Shown here: positions 50,668 through 63,994 of the stretch, one piece after another
How positions within the stretch are numbered: the first letter of the stretch is position 1
How the letters are laid out: the number at the start of each line of letters is the position of its first letter
Assembly (NCBI GenBank): GCA_036172245.1
Contig: JAYWIR010000032.1
Coordinates: 434,001 to 498,000, forward strand
Length of the DNA: 64,000 bases
Direction: 5' to 3'
From: Raillietiella orientalis
Taxonomy: Eukaryota
Position numbers and translations under genes: made by a program
The notes under the pieces: model-generated
Database searches by the model: none
Told to the model about the DNA's origin: nothing
Seen by the model: the letters and a program-made list of their open reading frames with translations, nothing else

Positions 50668-53083
50668 TCAGTCAAGCACGAACATCGACTCGTTGAAAGA
50701 GTTATTTGATAAATGAACTTTGAGGCTGCTTCCACGAGAACATTTTTCTTTTTGTGAACCCAACAGTGTTAAGTGATCGTTGTCCATTGGACGCCAACTC
50801 GTAAGAAACCGAAGAGATTGTGCTCTTGGCGAAGCAATTTAAATAATCCATAACTGTGGATCAGTTCTTAATTGCTTCTTGCTCAGCTTGGGCTTGGACC
50901 GATCTATCATTAAATTGATGAAATTTCCAGATTAGCGATTTCATAACGATCGCCCTGATCGCTTGCATTTTTTTTTTTACTCGGTGACTCCGGGGCGTTT
51001 GACGTAAAAGATGCATCCTTTATCAATGAATCTTCGGTGTTTCTGTAGTGGCGGTACGGTGGCATTACTTCGGGATGCACTGAGTAGGTCCGCTCAGGGA
51101 AATTAGGGGGAAGGGGAATAAACGGGCAAGAAATAAATGTTAAGCAGAAAACATGTGTACTAATTGATTGCTCGTGCGAAAGTTTGCCTTGGGGGAACTG
51201 CAATTCTCCCCCTGATTAACGGCGAAAGCGTGCAGCATTCCCTACACCGATTTTTGCAAGTGGCCTCGTTGATTCGCGTGCTGATGAGGTCCTCAGGGGG
51301 TGTTTGCGGGATTGCTCGTTTGCACGCATTCCTTTTCCGTTGGAAATGAGAGTTTCTTCTTCTTCTTCCCCTTTTTCACGTTCTTTAGAATGAAGGCTGA
51401 ACGAATTTTCTTGTAGAATCCTTGCATTCCGTATTATTTCCAGATTCAGTTTCTTTACGAGATGTATCCAGATGTTACGTTTCAAGCGTCGAGGCAAGTG
51501 CTCAGCATCCGCGACGTGGAAATCAGGGACAAATTAGCGTGTTCGAGGATCAAAAAATTTCTGTACCCTTTTTCTTCAAAGGAACACCCTCGGCAGTCGC
51601 ATTCCCAAATGGTGAATTGACCGTCCCGAATGCGAGTTTAATTTGCGTTGGCAGGTGTTTGTGAAAGCCCTCCAGGTGCGCCCGGATCCGAACTTGCCAA
51701 CCTTGGAATGCATGCTGAAGATATCCTTGCTCCCCCTCCGACTGAACATCGAACAGGACGCGCTGATTTTTCTGTACAACTTCTTTTCCGAGTTCAACCA
51801 GCGTCTCGGGGGAGGTGTGCTGGCATTCCCCGTGTCCGTCGACGAGTCCCCTGTCGTTCTGTAGATATCTCACTGGAAAATCGCCTCTCTGAGCCGGTGC
51901 TGAAGATCGGAGAGCAAGGGGTTCCTCAAGGCGAGACAAAGGAACAGGCTTCCCTTTCGACTTGCGACAGCGAAAAGAGCGTGGACAAGGGCGAGCGACT
52001 GTTTCACCGGCCGCTGTATTTCCGGTAAGGCGCTGCGTGCAAAAACGGAAAAAATGAAGTCGAAATAATAGGTCCGTGTGCTTTTCTCCCGATTTGTACA
52101 TCCGTCTGGATTATCACGGAAAATATATAGAACTGGCCCATGGGCCGCTGGCCGGAATTATCATCGGGCTGATGCAGCTGAACTGCTGCGAACTGCGCCT
52201 GAAGAAAATCGTTCACCGGCACGGGTGAGTAGAGCGGGACGGCGACCCTCCAGAAAGGCTTGCTTCAGGCTCCTTGGGTTCAACAACGTGCTGGAATTCC
52301 TCGTTCGGGAATGGCTGGCGGACATTAAGAAAAACCAGCTTTCTGGTCTCTTAGGCAGCGTGGGGCCGATGAGTATTGTCCTCCAGCTCCGTGAGTCCGA
52401 CACCCCGAAGGGAAGTCCATCTTCATGTCATTTCAGTGGAAGGCATCCGAGATCTGTTTTGGATGCCCATCCAGCAGTATCAAAAAGACGGCACCATCAT
52501 CGGGGGCATCAAAAGAGGTGCACATTCATTTTCTTCGTCGACAGCTGTCGCGGCGCTGGAACTGACGAGTCGATTAATCAAGACGATCCAGGTTTGTGCG
52601 ACATCTGTCTTCAGATGAAAGGAGTGAAAGTGGCTGCTTTTGTTCAGCACGCCGCGGAGTTGACGTACGACGTCCTGAGCCCAGGGCCGAGCATCCGACG
52701 GAAGGCGTACCCGACGGGGAAGCGGAAGAAAAAAATGATGCAGCCGGTCGACTTGAGGGAGGGCGTGACGAACGCAGTCGCTGTCGTAAAGGAGGTAACC
52801 TCCCCCCTCCCCCTTCCGCGCGCCCCGTGTGGCAGGCAGCGACTATGCCGTTCAGGGCCTGCACGAGACGGCGCACACGCTGGTTCTGGTTGCCCACCAG
52901 GAACATGAGCAGAAGGGCGTGACCGGTGCCGTCGGCGGCGTTCTCAGGCAGATACCGTCCAGCGTGGTTCAGCCCATCATACTGATTTCGGAAGCCACTT
53001 CCAACGTGATAGGAGGACTGCGGAATCAGTTGGCCCCGGACGTCTGCAGAGAGCAGCAGCAGAAATGGAAAGATGACGTGTAG
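37860..53083 (+). CDS. Atg2: Autophagy-related protein 2 (lipid-transfer protein, VPS13/Chorein_N family); multi-exon gene span
   Basis: Exon 1 (37860-38027) reads MSWFSIWGENFKKRICRYLLDRYLG..ISLDEFSIDLFNG, matching the ATG2 Chorein_N start. Exons 38553-38721, 38765-38920 (MTSSLQLAEDCL..PFEGLEFLAQFIDS), 38965-39067 and 39114-39240 have GT..AG introns. Middle exons contain ITELHLHFWNCAIDYR and LRELTLMWQLYGGSDF. C-terminal exons read LKISLLPLRLNIEQDAL, IRLDYHGK, GIRDLFWMPIQQY, QPVDLREGV. Last exon 52856-53083 (GGVLRQIP..EATSNVIGGLRNQ..QKWKDDV*). Internal exons at 39.3-47 kb are not all resolved. Confidence 0.96.
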
Positions 53084-56000
53084 CGTCCCGAAACTTTTGT
53101 CGCGGTATGGCTCGCCCTCGCATCAGTGCGAGAGATCCACGAAATTTGCAGCCTTCTGCCCGTTGCTGCTGTTCCGCGGCTCGTGATGTGGGAGTATACG
53201 GGCCAAATAGCCCCAGCGGAGCCCACCATCTGTGATTGCTGTTCGGAAGAGAACTTCGGGACGGACATTCGTTGCGCAATCGAGATGGGAATTTGCCTGT
53301 GGAGTGTCTCCAGGGCATATTTTTATATTAATACATCGTTGCTTCAGTCGCATAAAGTATTAATTGGAATAGGGAAAGCTGTGGCGTGGGGAGGGAGGGG
53401 GCACATGGGCAGTCTCACGGCCGCGGACCGAAAGGGAAGCGTGATTATTAATAGTTGAAAGCTTTACATGGCGTGAGGTTAATTTCTTTGGTTTGGAACC
53501 GTGGCCGCAGTCCTGTGCTCCTGGAGCACAGAGCGAGGGAGCTTTGCCATCGAGTGGAACACCGTTCGTGAATACACGTGGCCTTCTGTGTTCGGCATCT
53601 TCTCATGCCGTTTTGATTTACCCAAACACTGGCCGCGGTCGATGACTCAAATTACCAGCCAGGGTGACTTGCTTGCCACGTACGAGCAATAGAATTTGTG
53701 CCGCTCTTTCGTATACCCGGAAGACTGCCGTCACATAGGACAAGCAGTTGACTTTGCAAGTTGGAAGCAACTATCCTGATCAGCTGGCGCTATCCTGATC
53801 AACTGCCACCAGTGAATTTAAATGAGGGATTCGACTCAGACCTCCGCTTGCTTGAAGGTATGAGCGAAAAGTGCCAATCGATGGAGCACTTGAATCCAGA
53901 GCGCTCTGTGCGCCCTCCACTTCAATGACTGTTTCGAGAGCCCCCTTTCTTTCCATGGAGACCATCCGACTGTTCTATTTGTGCTGTGCTGTCGATCCCA
54001 TCGACGGTATCCCCAATTGCACCATCACGCTTACGTGATCACACCAAACTTTGAAAGAAGCAAAAAATCGGCAGGTGGAACTTGGTAATGAAGCAGGACC
54101 TTCCGTTGCTATTCGCTCGGATCCCATGGGGTTTCGGAGATGCTCCCACATCTTCAAAACTTCAGAATGAGGACCGTGGTCGAATTGTCCGAACAGACGA
54201 TGCTCGAACTAAGGTGGTTAGGGTTTAACTGATCCTCTTTCCTGCTGAGCTTTCCAGCACATTCCTTCCGTCCAGGTTACGAAAGCTACATGTCATGACT
54301 TCAACTGACCATTGACCACAGCGAAGTCGGACAAAGGAGTGGGAAATTCCAACGATCCCTCCCTCCGGGTACAGGTGCGTCTGCGCAAACAAGACGCCAT
54401 TTCCACCAGAACTTTCAGAATGAATTACGAGGGCACCGTTCCTCCCGGAGTGTAGCAGCGGAATCAGATACGCACACCTTAGTCAAAGCCTCCTCCTGTG
54501 GTCGAGTCAACTTTTTCTCTAGGAATCCCTCGTGCAAGCTCAAAAGCTACCCAAGAAGTCTGACTCTGTGCCAACCATTGCTCTTTCTAAGCTATTGCTG
54601 TTCCCCAGGCATCCAGTAATATGGTGCTCGAACGCTGCAAGAATAACGCAGTTGCCTGTCATTCAATCAAACATGGGATCCGAGAGAATAAGCAAGGAAA
54701 AGCGAGTTCTGCTTAGATGCGTGGTCGAGCCGATTCCCCTTTTCCCAAACGCCCTCATCCAAATGAACGAAGCTGGTGCTGTGAAAGTATGAGTTTGTGA
54801 GTTTTCCTTCTGCGGAGTACGGGAGAGTTGTGCAAGCGTTGCCCTTCAGCTGGAACGAAAGCCAAACTGACGCAGAAGCTTTTCCTGTGGCGTCTGTCAC
54901 TGACAGGAAGGGTCACTGAGGATGCAGGAGTCCGCTTCCCGATCTCGTCCATCGAAGTGGAGGGTTGAAAGGGGAACTTCAGAATAGCGTGTCTCTCTCG
55001 AGTGCTGAGGTCGTTCACAGCATCAGTCATCCCCCTTCGTGTACCGAAATCTTGAAGGGCGAGTCTCATACGCAAGGGAGGATGCTGGGGTTCGTCGTGG
55101 GGCAGCATTTCCGGTTTGCGCGTAATTTTTTATGTGCTTTTCTTTGTCGCCAATTTGTCGGCACGCTCCGAATCTTTAAGATAGTCGAAAAGTTCGAAAG
55201 GTTCACTATACCTTGATTCATTTCGTCTTAAGGACTGAGCCTCAAGGCATAGAAATGAAATGATTTTGAATGGTTCTCTGCAGCGAGCTGGAGCTCTTGA
55301 TCGAAAGTATGCGAACCAGGGATTTTCAAGAATTCAGATTTTCTTGAACTTTCAGGCTTTTAGAAACCGACAGTGGTTGTGGTTGTGGCTATATCGTTGG
55401 GGATTGGACTTCCAGAGAGGATTCATCCATTCATCGGTGAATGGAGTTATTCATTTTTGAAAGGCAAACGCCCCCTAATCCATCAGTGCAGAATACTCTG
55501 TACGCTCTTCAATGACCGTATCAAGAGCTCGTGCTCTTGTCATTTATGATTATGAGTATTTTCCCATGGAAACCACAAGCTCCTTGACGAACTCAGATTA
55601 TCTCGCTCGACTTGTCCAGACCTCGCACAGACTTCCGGGGTTTCTTTTGGGGATTTGATTCCATTAATCAACGATGAAGAATAATGTTTCTTTTCGGGAA
55701 CAGGAAGCCAGAGACAAAGATTTCTACAATTCCATCAAAGAAAATGCACTGAACAAAGGAGACCACATCAAAAAACAGCTTAAACTTGATGTACCTTTAG
55801 AAATCAAGCACACAACATTTCATAACTGTAACTCCAGCGCATGATAAATTCATTGCGTCCAAATCGAAGATAATATCAGTAAACCAACATTAATCATACA
55901 AATATCAGTAAACTAATGTTAATCATACCGATGAATTTGCAAAATGAAAAAAGCTCGATTTTTTAGGCATGGATTTCTTGAAAATTTGCTGTGTTATTTT

Positions 56001-57189
56001 ACCCATCACAATCTATTAATTCTTTACGTCCATTCCCATTAATTTTCGCCAGATTTACCTCATCTAAACAAGAACACGTTCTCTTGAAGTCTTCGTTCAA
56101 CCTCACTACGGCTTCCTTTCTATGGAGCTTTCAAGGAAATAGCGTGAAGTACGCTCCGTAAAAATTGAGAGTTCCCCTGCGTGGGAGGCTGCGCATGAGA
56201 GGAAGAACGGTTGCGAGGACCGTCGTCCAAGGCTCCCAAAGCACCTAAGAGGCGCAAAACAAATGGAAGAGTGCGTTCCAATGCTTTCAGAGCAAAACTC
56301 GCGAATGATTTGAGATTCATAAAGTTCGATGTGATAAGCAGTTCTCCCGTTTCATGCGTAGAAAGACAGAACAATTTCATCAACGGCAGTTGCTCGAATC
56401 TTCTCCGATGCAAAGGCTACTTCAAATCAGCAAAATTACGAACCTCAGTTCTTTGGATATTTACGAATTCTGGATCCATTTTTCAGCATTTTTGTCATCT
56501 CTAAAATCTAATTTTACTTCCAGTGATTGTTTCGAATAAACTTGCTTATATCTTGAAATCTGCTTAATGTTCTCATTTGGATGCTGCAAAATATCAGTTT
56601 TCAGAATGAGAAGTACACAAAAGAGTGGACACTGCGTAATTATGGGCACTTTTCCCAGGATCAAAAACCACCACTCAAAAACTTCACGGAAAGCAACAGT
56701 TCCCCATATCAGGCCTCCAGCAGTCCACCGGAGGGTTTGCTACTGCCACGAAGATCTGCGCCGAAGACGTCACCAACCGAGCTCGCGCTCAGACCTTTCT
56801 GCGTGCACCCTTACCACTCTCCAGCTACTCGTAAGACCCTAGAGAACCTGCCGTTCTCCGACGGTGTGATGCCGGAAGGGAAAAATGACTCTTCCCTGGC
56901 GGTTGGGTGCAGGCTTGACGCTTAATGAGAATTTCATGGTTGCCACCTTCCAGCTATCCATTCTACTGGATCCGATGGGTGTATCCCATCGGCCGCCATC
57001 ACCCAGAGTTCGATTCATCCTGTAACACTCTTACCAAAACTGGCCTACTGGTCGCTCATGGTTTCGACAGCGTCCAAGCAAGCCAGACTTATCATCCATT
57101 TAAAGTGGGAGAATAGACTGAGGTCATTTCGATCCAAAGCTTCTAATCATTCACTTGACCGGATGAGACTCCATTTTTCTTTCATTTCA

Positions 57190-57800
57190 ACAGACCAGGA
57201 CACCGAGACTAGCACGGACATTCAGCATCGAACCTAAGGTCATTTGCTGTACAAGGGACACGACCTTAGGTTCGCAGATGGCGAGGTCATCCACGTGGAC
57301 CCGATTGAACCTCCTGCCTGTATGACAGCTTGCACTAGGGAGGTGGCTGACCGAACGTGAGCCAAGCGCGGAACTGTTCCTTCAGAGCATCTCCAGCCAC
57401 GAAACGACGATCGCTGTGTGTCGTGGTGGTATCCGGTGGAGCAACTCAAGAGGGATATCCTGCAACAGTGGGAACCGCTACATACCAGGGAATGGCGCCA
57501 GCTTGGAATCCCCATCGGTGCACCAGGGCGGAGGGACAATCATCCTAGGCGTGGTACTCCCGCACCAGCACTCCTCCAAAGCGCTGGAAGACGCAAAACG
57601 TGTGAAGCAGACACGGAGGACCGACCGTCCACTGGCCCCGAAAGAAGTCCCGCCTGTAGTGAAAGAGATCGTTGCAGGATCCTCGGGGTGGGAGATGAAT
57701 TGATGACGCTGAAGTTCCGGAAAAAAAAAACGAAATCACAAAGCAGAAGATAGTCCGCATAAGCGTCCATCGTTCCAGAGAGATGTGCTGGAACGACAAG
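57190..57800 (+). mobile_element. Utopia-like 3' fragment, copy B
   Basis: DQ..GHDLRFAD..RLNLLPV, TIILGVVLP, KALEDAKRVK, EIVAGSSGW, SREMCW (RLE tail). Aligns to 14110-14500. Confidence 0.75.
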
Positions 57801-59145
57801 GGTAGGTCACCAGCAGAACCAACTCCGTGCTACCAATGGAAGACAAATCGCGCCAAGCAGCCAGACCTAGGAAGGGTAGGGTACCTTCCATCTACCATCC
57901 ATTTCGTAACCTCCACCGTACCTTATGTTATGTAACCAAATTTTCATTGAATGAAAGCATCATCTCTGGAGAAAGACAGTGCTTGAGAATTAAAGAATCA
58001 AAAAAGCCATCTGATGGTTAAATATTGGAATTTTTCCATGTGAATGTTTGCCCTGCTCCCTCATTGGAAGTTATGACTAAACCTAATTGTTCTCAGTGGG
58101 GATATTTTGCATGGAAAGAGAATACACAAGCATTTGGGGAGTGAAGTTCACCACAAATGCGGTATTTGTTTTCTCCATAAAAGCAGCTTGCTTATCCGAA
58201 ATTTCAACCATATCTAAAAGAGCTCCTGCCAAATAAAGTAGAAAGGATATGACGTGCGATGTATTTGACGGTGAGAACTCTACAATGCGCTCTTTCAGTG
58301 CTGCTGAGTAACTTAAAATACGAGAGCTTAAATTTAGACGAAATCCTTGAGACAGAAAAGTACTTATTGTGCAGTTAGCTGAAGAAACAATGATGTTTAG
58401 ATGTACAATGAAATATGAAATCTATGATTAAATATTTTTCACATCACAATTCTACGGGGTACATAGGGGATTCTGTGTTATTCTAGCTAATGTCCACCGG
58501 AAATTATCCTGCAAATTATGTAAATGTTGCTCAACTGAAAAGCTGGCGAAGAAACTCGAACTCCTCGTGGACACTTTTTTGTATGGAATTGCTACTCACA
58601 GTAAGATGCTCAGCGAAGTCGTATAAATAAAACTGGATTGCTCGGCAAGTGGAGCACACGACGCGCTTTACATGTGTGCCCGTCAGGCTTCCCCCAGCCC
58701 GACTAGAGGTGGGGTGAATTTATTTACTACATTCATTCATACATGCAGTATCACTGGGTTTCACTTTTTCTCACTTTCGGATCTGGCCTTCAGGCATCCA
58801 GTCACTGAGTTTGTGTGGGGGATTCACTCACTTGACAAGTTCTGTGCCCATCAGGCTCAGAGGACAGTAACTAGCAGAACTGGATGAAATGAAGAAAGCT
58901 TGAAAACTACGAATTTCTTCTGTAAACAATTTATAATAATGCCAAGGTGGTTATGGATTCTTTTTCTCAAAATAAAGGAAAGCATTTTTTTTTTTTTCAA
59001 ATCGAACAACAAATTGCAAATGGAAAACCTCACTTAGACAACAACAGGCTGAAAAGGAAAGGTAGTAAAATAAAAAATGAATCATTTCGAAGTCTAAATT
59101 TTATTTTTTCTCCAATACAAAGAGTATCTGCTTCTCGGATCTTGC

Positions 59146-59181
59146 ATTCGTTTCTCGCCCGTTTGGCTAAGATCAAAGTGT
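59146..59181 (+). pseudogene. U2: U2 snRNA 5'-end fragment (~36 nt)
   Basis: ATTCGTTTCTCGCCCGTTTGGCTAAGATCAAAGTGT resembles the metazoan U2 5' end (ATCGCTTCTCGGCCT(T/A)TGGCTAAGATCAAAGTGTAG), with a long exact core TGGCTAAGATCAAAGTGT. Confidence 0.55.
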
Positions 59182-60492
59182 CGAATCCTGCAAATCTATC
59201 TCCGATATGCTAATCGAAAGCTTTAAGTCTTGCCACATGCTTGGTGTTTTGTGAAACCAAGGGAAAAACGTACCGGTAACTCACAGTTTACTGTACTGAC
59301 TGCTTTTCTTCTTCTTCTTCTTTTTCAAAAATCATTTAGTAAGCAGTTGTAACTTCTGATACGTCGATACTTCAGCTGAGACTATTGTACTTGTAATGCT
59401 GTACTGTTATGCAATTTTTGCATTGGACTTTTTCTGTACTTAGCATAAAAAAAAAAAAACAACAACCTTCATCTTCGTCCTGCCTTAAGAGCATTGAGAA
59501 AGACGTTCTTTTGTAATGTCTCTCGAGTGGTTTGATTCCATAGGCCAATAGGTGCCTTAAAACTGTTATAGATGGATCAAAGTGCATCATAGCAATTATG
59601 CCAATTAGAGTATGAGTACTATTGCTTACAGCTTCAATTTCGCAATAAAAAAAAAAACAGGCAAATCGAGTGTTTTGTCCTTTAGGTAAATTGTTTTTTT
59701 TGAAAGTGCACTGACAAGCAGTGTTGCCATTTTAAAGCCGTACACAAAAAAGTTTTTGAAAGTATGGATACCCGAATCGTAGAACAACGTTTTTGGGCTT
59801 CCAGCCACTGCAGAAAATCCCAAAGTAAAATGGAGAGCTTCTACAAAAGTGAACGCGTTTCCATGGTAATTTTCCTGACCAGCTTCCAAAATGCCCACGG
59901 TCAGCTGCTGAGTTTGTCGTGTTTTGTATTTAAAAAGAAGGGAAGAAAGAAAAGAATTGCGAGGCGACACACAACTCGTTCCGTTCCACCGTGGAACCAC
60001 AGTGTTTATGCGTAAGATTTCAGTACGAACTGATGTGTACACACGGCGGAAGTACCTTTGCTGACAATGCAGCAGCAACACGTAACGTTCTTGGCATGAA
60101 CGTCGCGTTGCCCGCCGGTGGACTTTTTGACAGAAGGAAGTCGGGACCCCATCATTGAAAACTGATCCTATTTTCGATCCTTGCTGGTCATCACCTTCCC
60201 GAGGGGGAACTCCTGAACTCTTCTCAAGTAACTGTTTTTTTTTTTTTCCTTTTTCTTTCTCTCTCCCTAATGAACGGTTACCAGCATTTTATTGCCTGCG
60301 CCGTTAGGAGTTTCCGCGTCTTTTTTTGCCGGATTCACGTTGAGGGAAAACAGGCGTCTGTATCTTGCAAAATAAGTGAGAAGTTCAGTAAGAAGGCCTC
60401 CTCGCCTGGAGACTCGGTACACGGCGGGATGTTGGGACAGAATTAATCTCGAGGATGATCCTCCATGCGTTGCTGACGTTTCGCTGCACGCA

Positions 60493-63400
60493 ATGCGTTC
60501 CTGGTTTGCATGTGTCCTGCACAGAAATCTGCTGTCTTTCAGAGCGGCCTGTAAAACCCCTGCATTTGGTTTCACACATTCACGCCCGTCTGTGCATGGT
60601 ATCCAAAAATTACAGTTCATAAATACGTATCTTCCGTACAAGATGAGCGAAAGTAAAAGCACCGGGGACAAAAAGGATTTTCAGAGGCTTCCACCGAGCA
60701 TCAAGCCTGTTCATTACGAAATCACACTGAAACCGAATTTTCAAACATTCAGATTTGAAGGAACAGAGGATGTGATTGTAAACGTAGTAAGTACCTTTGG
60801 CATTTCCTGTATATCCAAATGTACCACTTTTCAAATTGTGAATAAGTAAGCACGCAAAAATATGAAATTGGCAAAATGAGAAAAGTTATTTGTCAACCAA
60901 ATTAATCGGTCCTTCCTGACCAGTAGATTTTAATAAGAATCGACTAAAGCATGCAATTGCTTCATCAGCATTTGAAACTCTGTATTAAAGTCGAAACCAA
61001 TGATTTTGTGTAAGCATTATGAGCAATTTCCAAATTGGTCATTAATTAGAGTATACAAAAGCTGGAAATTTCTCATCAAAAGAGACATTGCATGTAGTGT
61101 TTTAATGAAAATAGCTATAATATACTTTATTACATGAATAATTTTTCCACCTGGTTAAATTTATGTTTGTTTGTGCAAAGGTTCAGAAAGATTGTCGACA
61201 AGTGGTGCTAAACTCTGCTGATTTAGATATTCTAAGAGCATCTTTTACTGATAAAAGCGGTACACCTCAACTATCGAGAAGCATTGAATTCGATTCTAAA
61301 GATGAAAAAGCAATATTCATTTTTGACAATCCTTTTGAAGTTGGAGAAGCTCATTTTGAAGTTGCATTTTGTGGAGAGCTCAATGATCAGATGAAAGGCT
61401 TCTACAAAAGCAAATATTCAAGGTAGATTAAGTTAATTAGTTTTGACAGGGAATTTTGAGAACCATCTTTCCGAAAGTGCAGTGCTAACAAAGATGAGCA
61501 TTACATGGCTGTCACACAATTTGAAGCCAGTGATGCTCGACGAGCTTTTCCTTGCTGGGATGAACCAGCACTCAAAGCCACTTTCAATATCACTCTTGTG
61601 GTGCCAAAAGATTACATAGCTTTATCTAATATGGTGAATGCTGCTACTAGTTAATACTGCTTTAATAGTATCTTTAGCCTGGCATAAAGGAGGAAGAAGA
61701 TATTACTGATCCGGATCTTAAGATTGTTCGGTTTGCCAAAACTCCAATCATGTCCACTTATTTAGTGGCTGTGGTTGTGGGAAAACTTGATTTTGTTGAA
61801 ACTTACTCTAAGGATGGAGTATTGGTTAGAGTGTACATGCCTATTGGGAAAAAGGAACAGGGCCTGTTTGCCTTGGATGTAGCCAGCAAAGTACTGCCAT
61901 ACTATAAGGACTATTTCCAAATTGCCTACCCATTGCCAAAATTAGATTTGGTCGCCATTCCAGACTTTGCCTGTGGTCAGTTATCTCAAATGCTGTGGAT
62001 ACTCACTGATTGTTGTAGGAGCCATGGAAAACTGGGGTTTGGTGACATATCGAGAGACATGTCTCCTTGTGGATCCTAAAAATACATCCGCATGCCAGAA
62101 GCAATGGGTAGCACTGGTGGTTGGTCATGAAATAGCCCATCAGTGGTTTGGCAATCTAGTCACCATGGATTGGTGGACTGATTTATGGTTAAATGAAGGC
62201 TATGCTACTTTCGTGGAGTTCCTATGTGTGGATTACTTGTTCCCAGAGTACCACATCTGGACCCAGTTTGTGGCCCAGGTGTATTGTCGAGCTCTGGAGC
62301 TAGACAGCCTCCATAGCAGCCATCCTATTGAAGTGCCAGTAGGCCATCCCTCTGAAATTGATGAGATCTTTGATGATATCTCATATGATAAGGGTGCCAG
62401 TATCATTCGCATGCTGCATCAGTACTTGGGTGTTGAGGTAAAAGCATTGATGTTCAACCCAATAAGATGATTTACATTAATTTTAGAATTTTCGCTTGGG
62501 AATGCATACATATCTTAAGCGCCATCAGTATGGAAATACATGTACCGAGGATTTGTGGACTGCTTTGCAGGATATCAGCAAGAAACCTGTGGGGCCAGTG
62601 ATGTCAACTTGGACTAGGCAAAAAGGCTTCCCATTAATCCACGTGGCTTGCAGTTCTGAGGGAACAAAGAGAAAATTGGTTCTCAGCCAGGAAAAGTTTT
62701 GTGCTGATGGCACAAAAGACAAGGAGGGCACTCAGTGGATTGTGCCTATTAGTATCATGGCATCATGCTCTGGTGTTGTAGAATGCACCTCTCATCTCAT
62801 GGAGCAGGCTACTCTGGAAATCACACTGGATGAAGTCGATGCAGACTCCTGGATTAAGCTTAACCCTCAGGCTGTGGGTTTTTTTCGAGTTCAGTATCCT
62901 GGAGAAGAGCTGCAAAAGCTACTGGCTGCTGCCAAGGATCACAAATTGCATCCACTGGATCGTCTTAATCTGGCTGATGATCTCTTTTCTTTGGTGCCTG
63001 CTGGACATGCAAACACAACTGATGCTTTAGAGCTACTGCTTGCTTATGCTAATGAAGACAGCTACCCTGTGTGGTGTTGTTTATGTGCTATGCTGGAGAG
63101 ACTCTCCTTACTTTTTGATTATTCACCTTTTCGAAAAGCCTTCCACCAGCTGGGCTGCCGTGTGCTGCTGAACATAGCCAACCGTTTGACGTGGGATACC
63201 CATCCTGATGATAGTATGTGGATTTAGCTATAGATTGTAATTCTTGTTGCAGCCCATCAGGACAAGCTGCTGCGCAGTCTTGTATTACGGCGATTGGGAC
63301 AATTTGGGCACAAACCAACAGTAGAAGAAGCTCAGAGGCGCTTTGTTAAGCACTGCAGCAAGGAACAGATATTGCCAGCTGATCTACGTGGACCTATCTA

Positions 63401-63994
63401 TAGCATTGTGGCTCATCATGGGGATGCACAAACTTTCAAGGACCTTGTGCAGGTGCGTTAGTTGTGTTGTAAGAACAGAGGGCATGTAGAACATACTAGC
63501 TATATCGAGAAAGCGACCTTCAAGAAGAGGAGGATCGCATAGGGAATGCCATGGGTGCTCTGCATCATCATGATCTTCAAAAGCAAGTGCTGGACTTTGC
63601 CATGTCTGAGGATGTCCGCTCACAGAATTCCGTGTTCATTGTGGCAGGTGTGTCTGTGACAAAGGAAGGGCGTGAGCTAGCATGGCGATTTTTCTGTGAT
63701 AACCGGAAAGAATTTGCTCATCGATACCCTGTAAGCATAATCTGTAATAGGGGGGAGTGATGATAGTGCCTGTTTTGCTAGTCTGGCTATTTGCTAATGC
63801 GGATGCTGAAGAATATCTGTGAAAATTTCGCCTCTCTTGAGAAAGCAGCAGAGATCGAACAGTATTTCCAAGAGAACCCCTTAAAGGGTACAGAGCGAGC
63901 TGTGAGCCAATCTGTGGAGAACATTCGTTTAAATTCAAAGTGGCTGGACAGAGATCGGATGCAGCTCGAAAAATTTTTTGCTTCCCAAAGTTAA
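60493..63994 (+). CDS. Psa (NPEPPS): Puromycin-sensitive aminopeptidase (M1 zinc aminopeptidase), 9 coding exons, complete
   Basis: Exons 60493(or 60643)-60786, 61181-61422, 61483-61633, 61678-61975, 62019-62437, 62487-63213, 63253-63452, 63500-63730 and 63782-63994 join in frame over GT..AG introns. Motifs: [44 protein letters not shown]-terminal [16 protein letters not shown]. Confidence 0.97.

Noticed and set aside
60080..60250. Possible Pol III ncRNA ending in a T-run upstream of Psa
   Set aside because: No match to snRNA, RNase P/MRP or 7SK motifs that I know; T-runs are common in this window.
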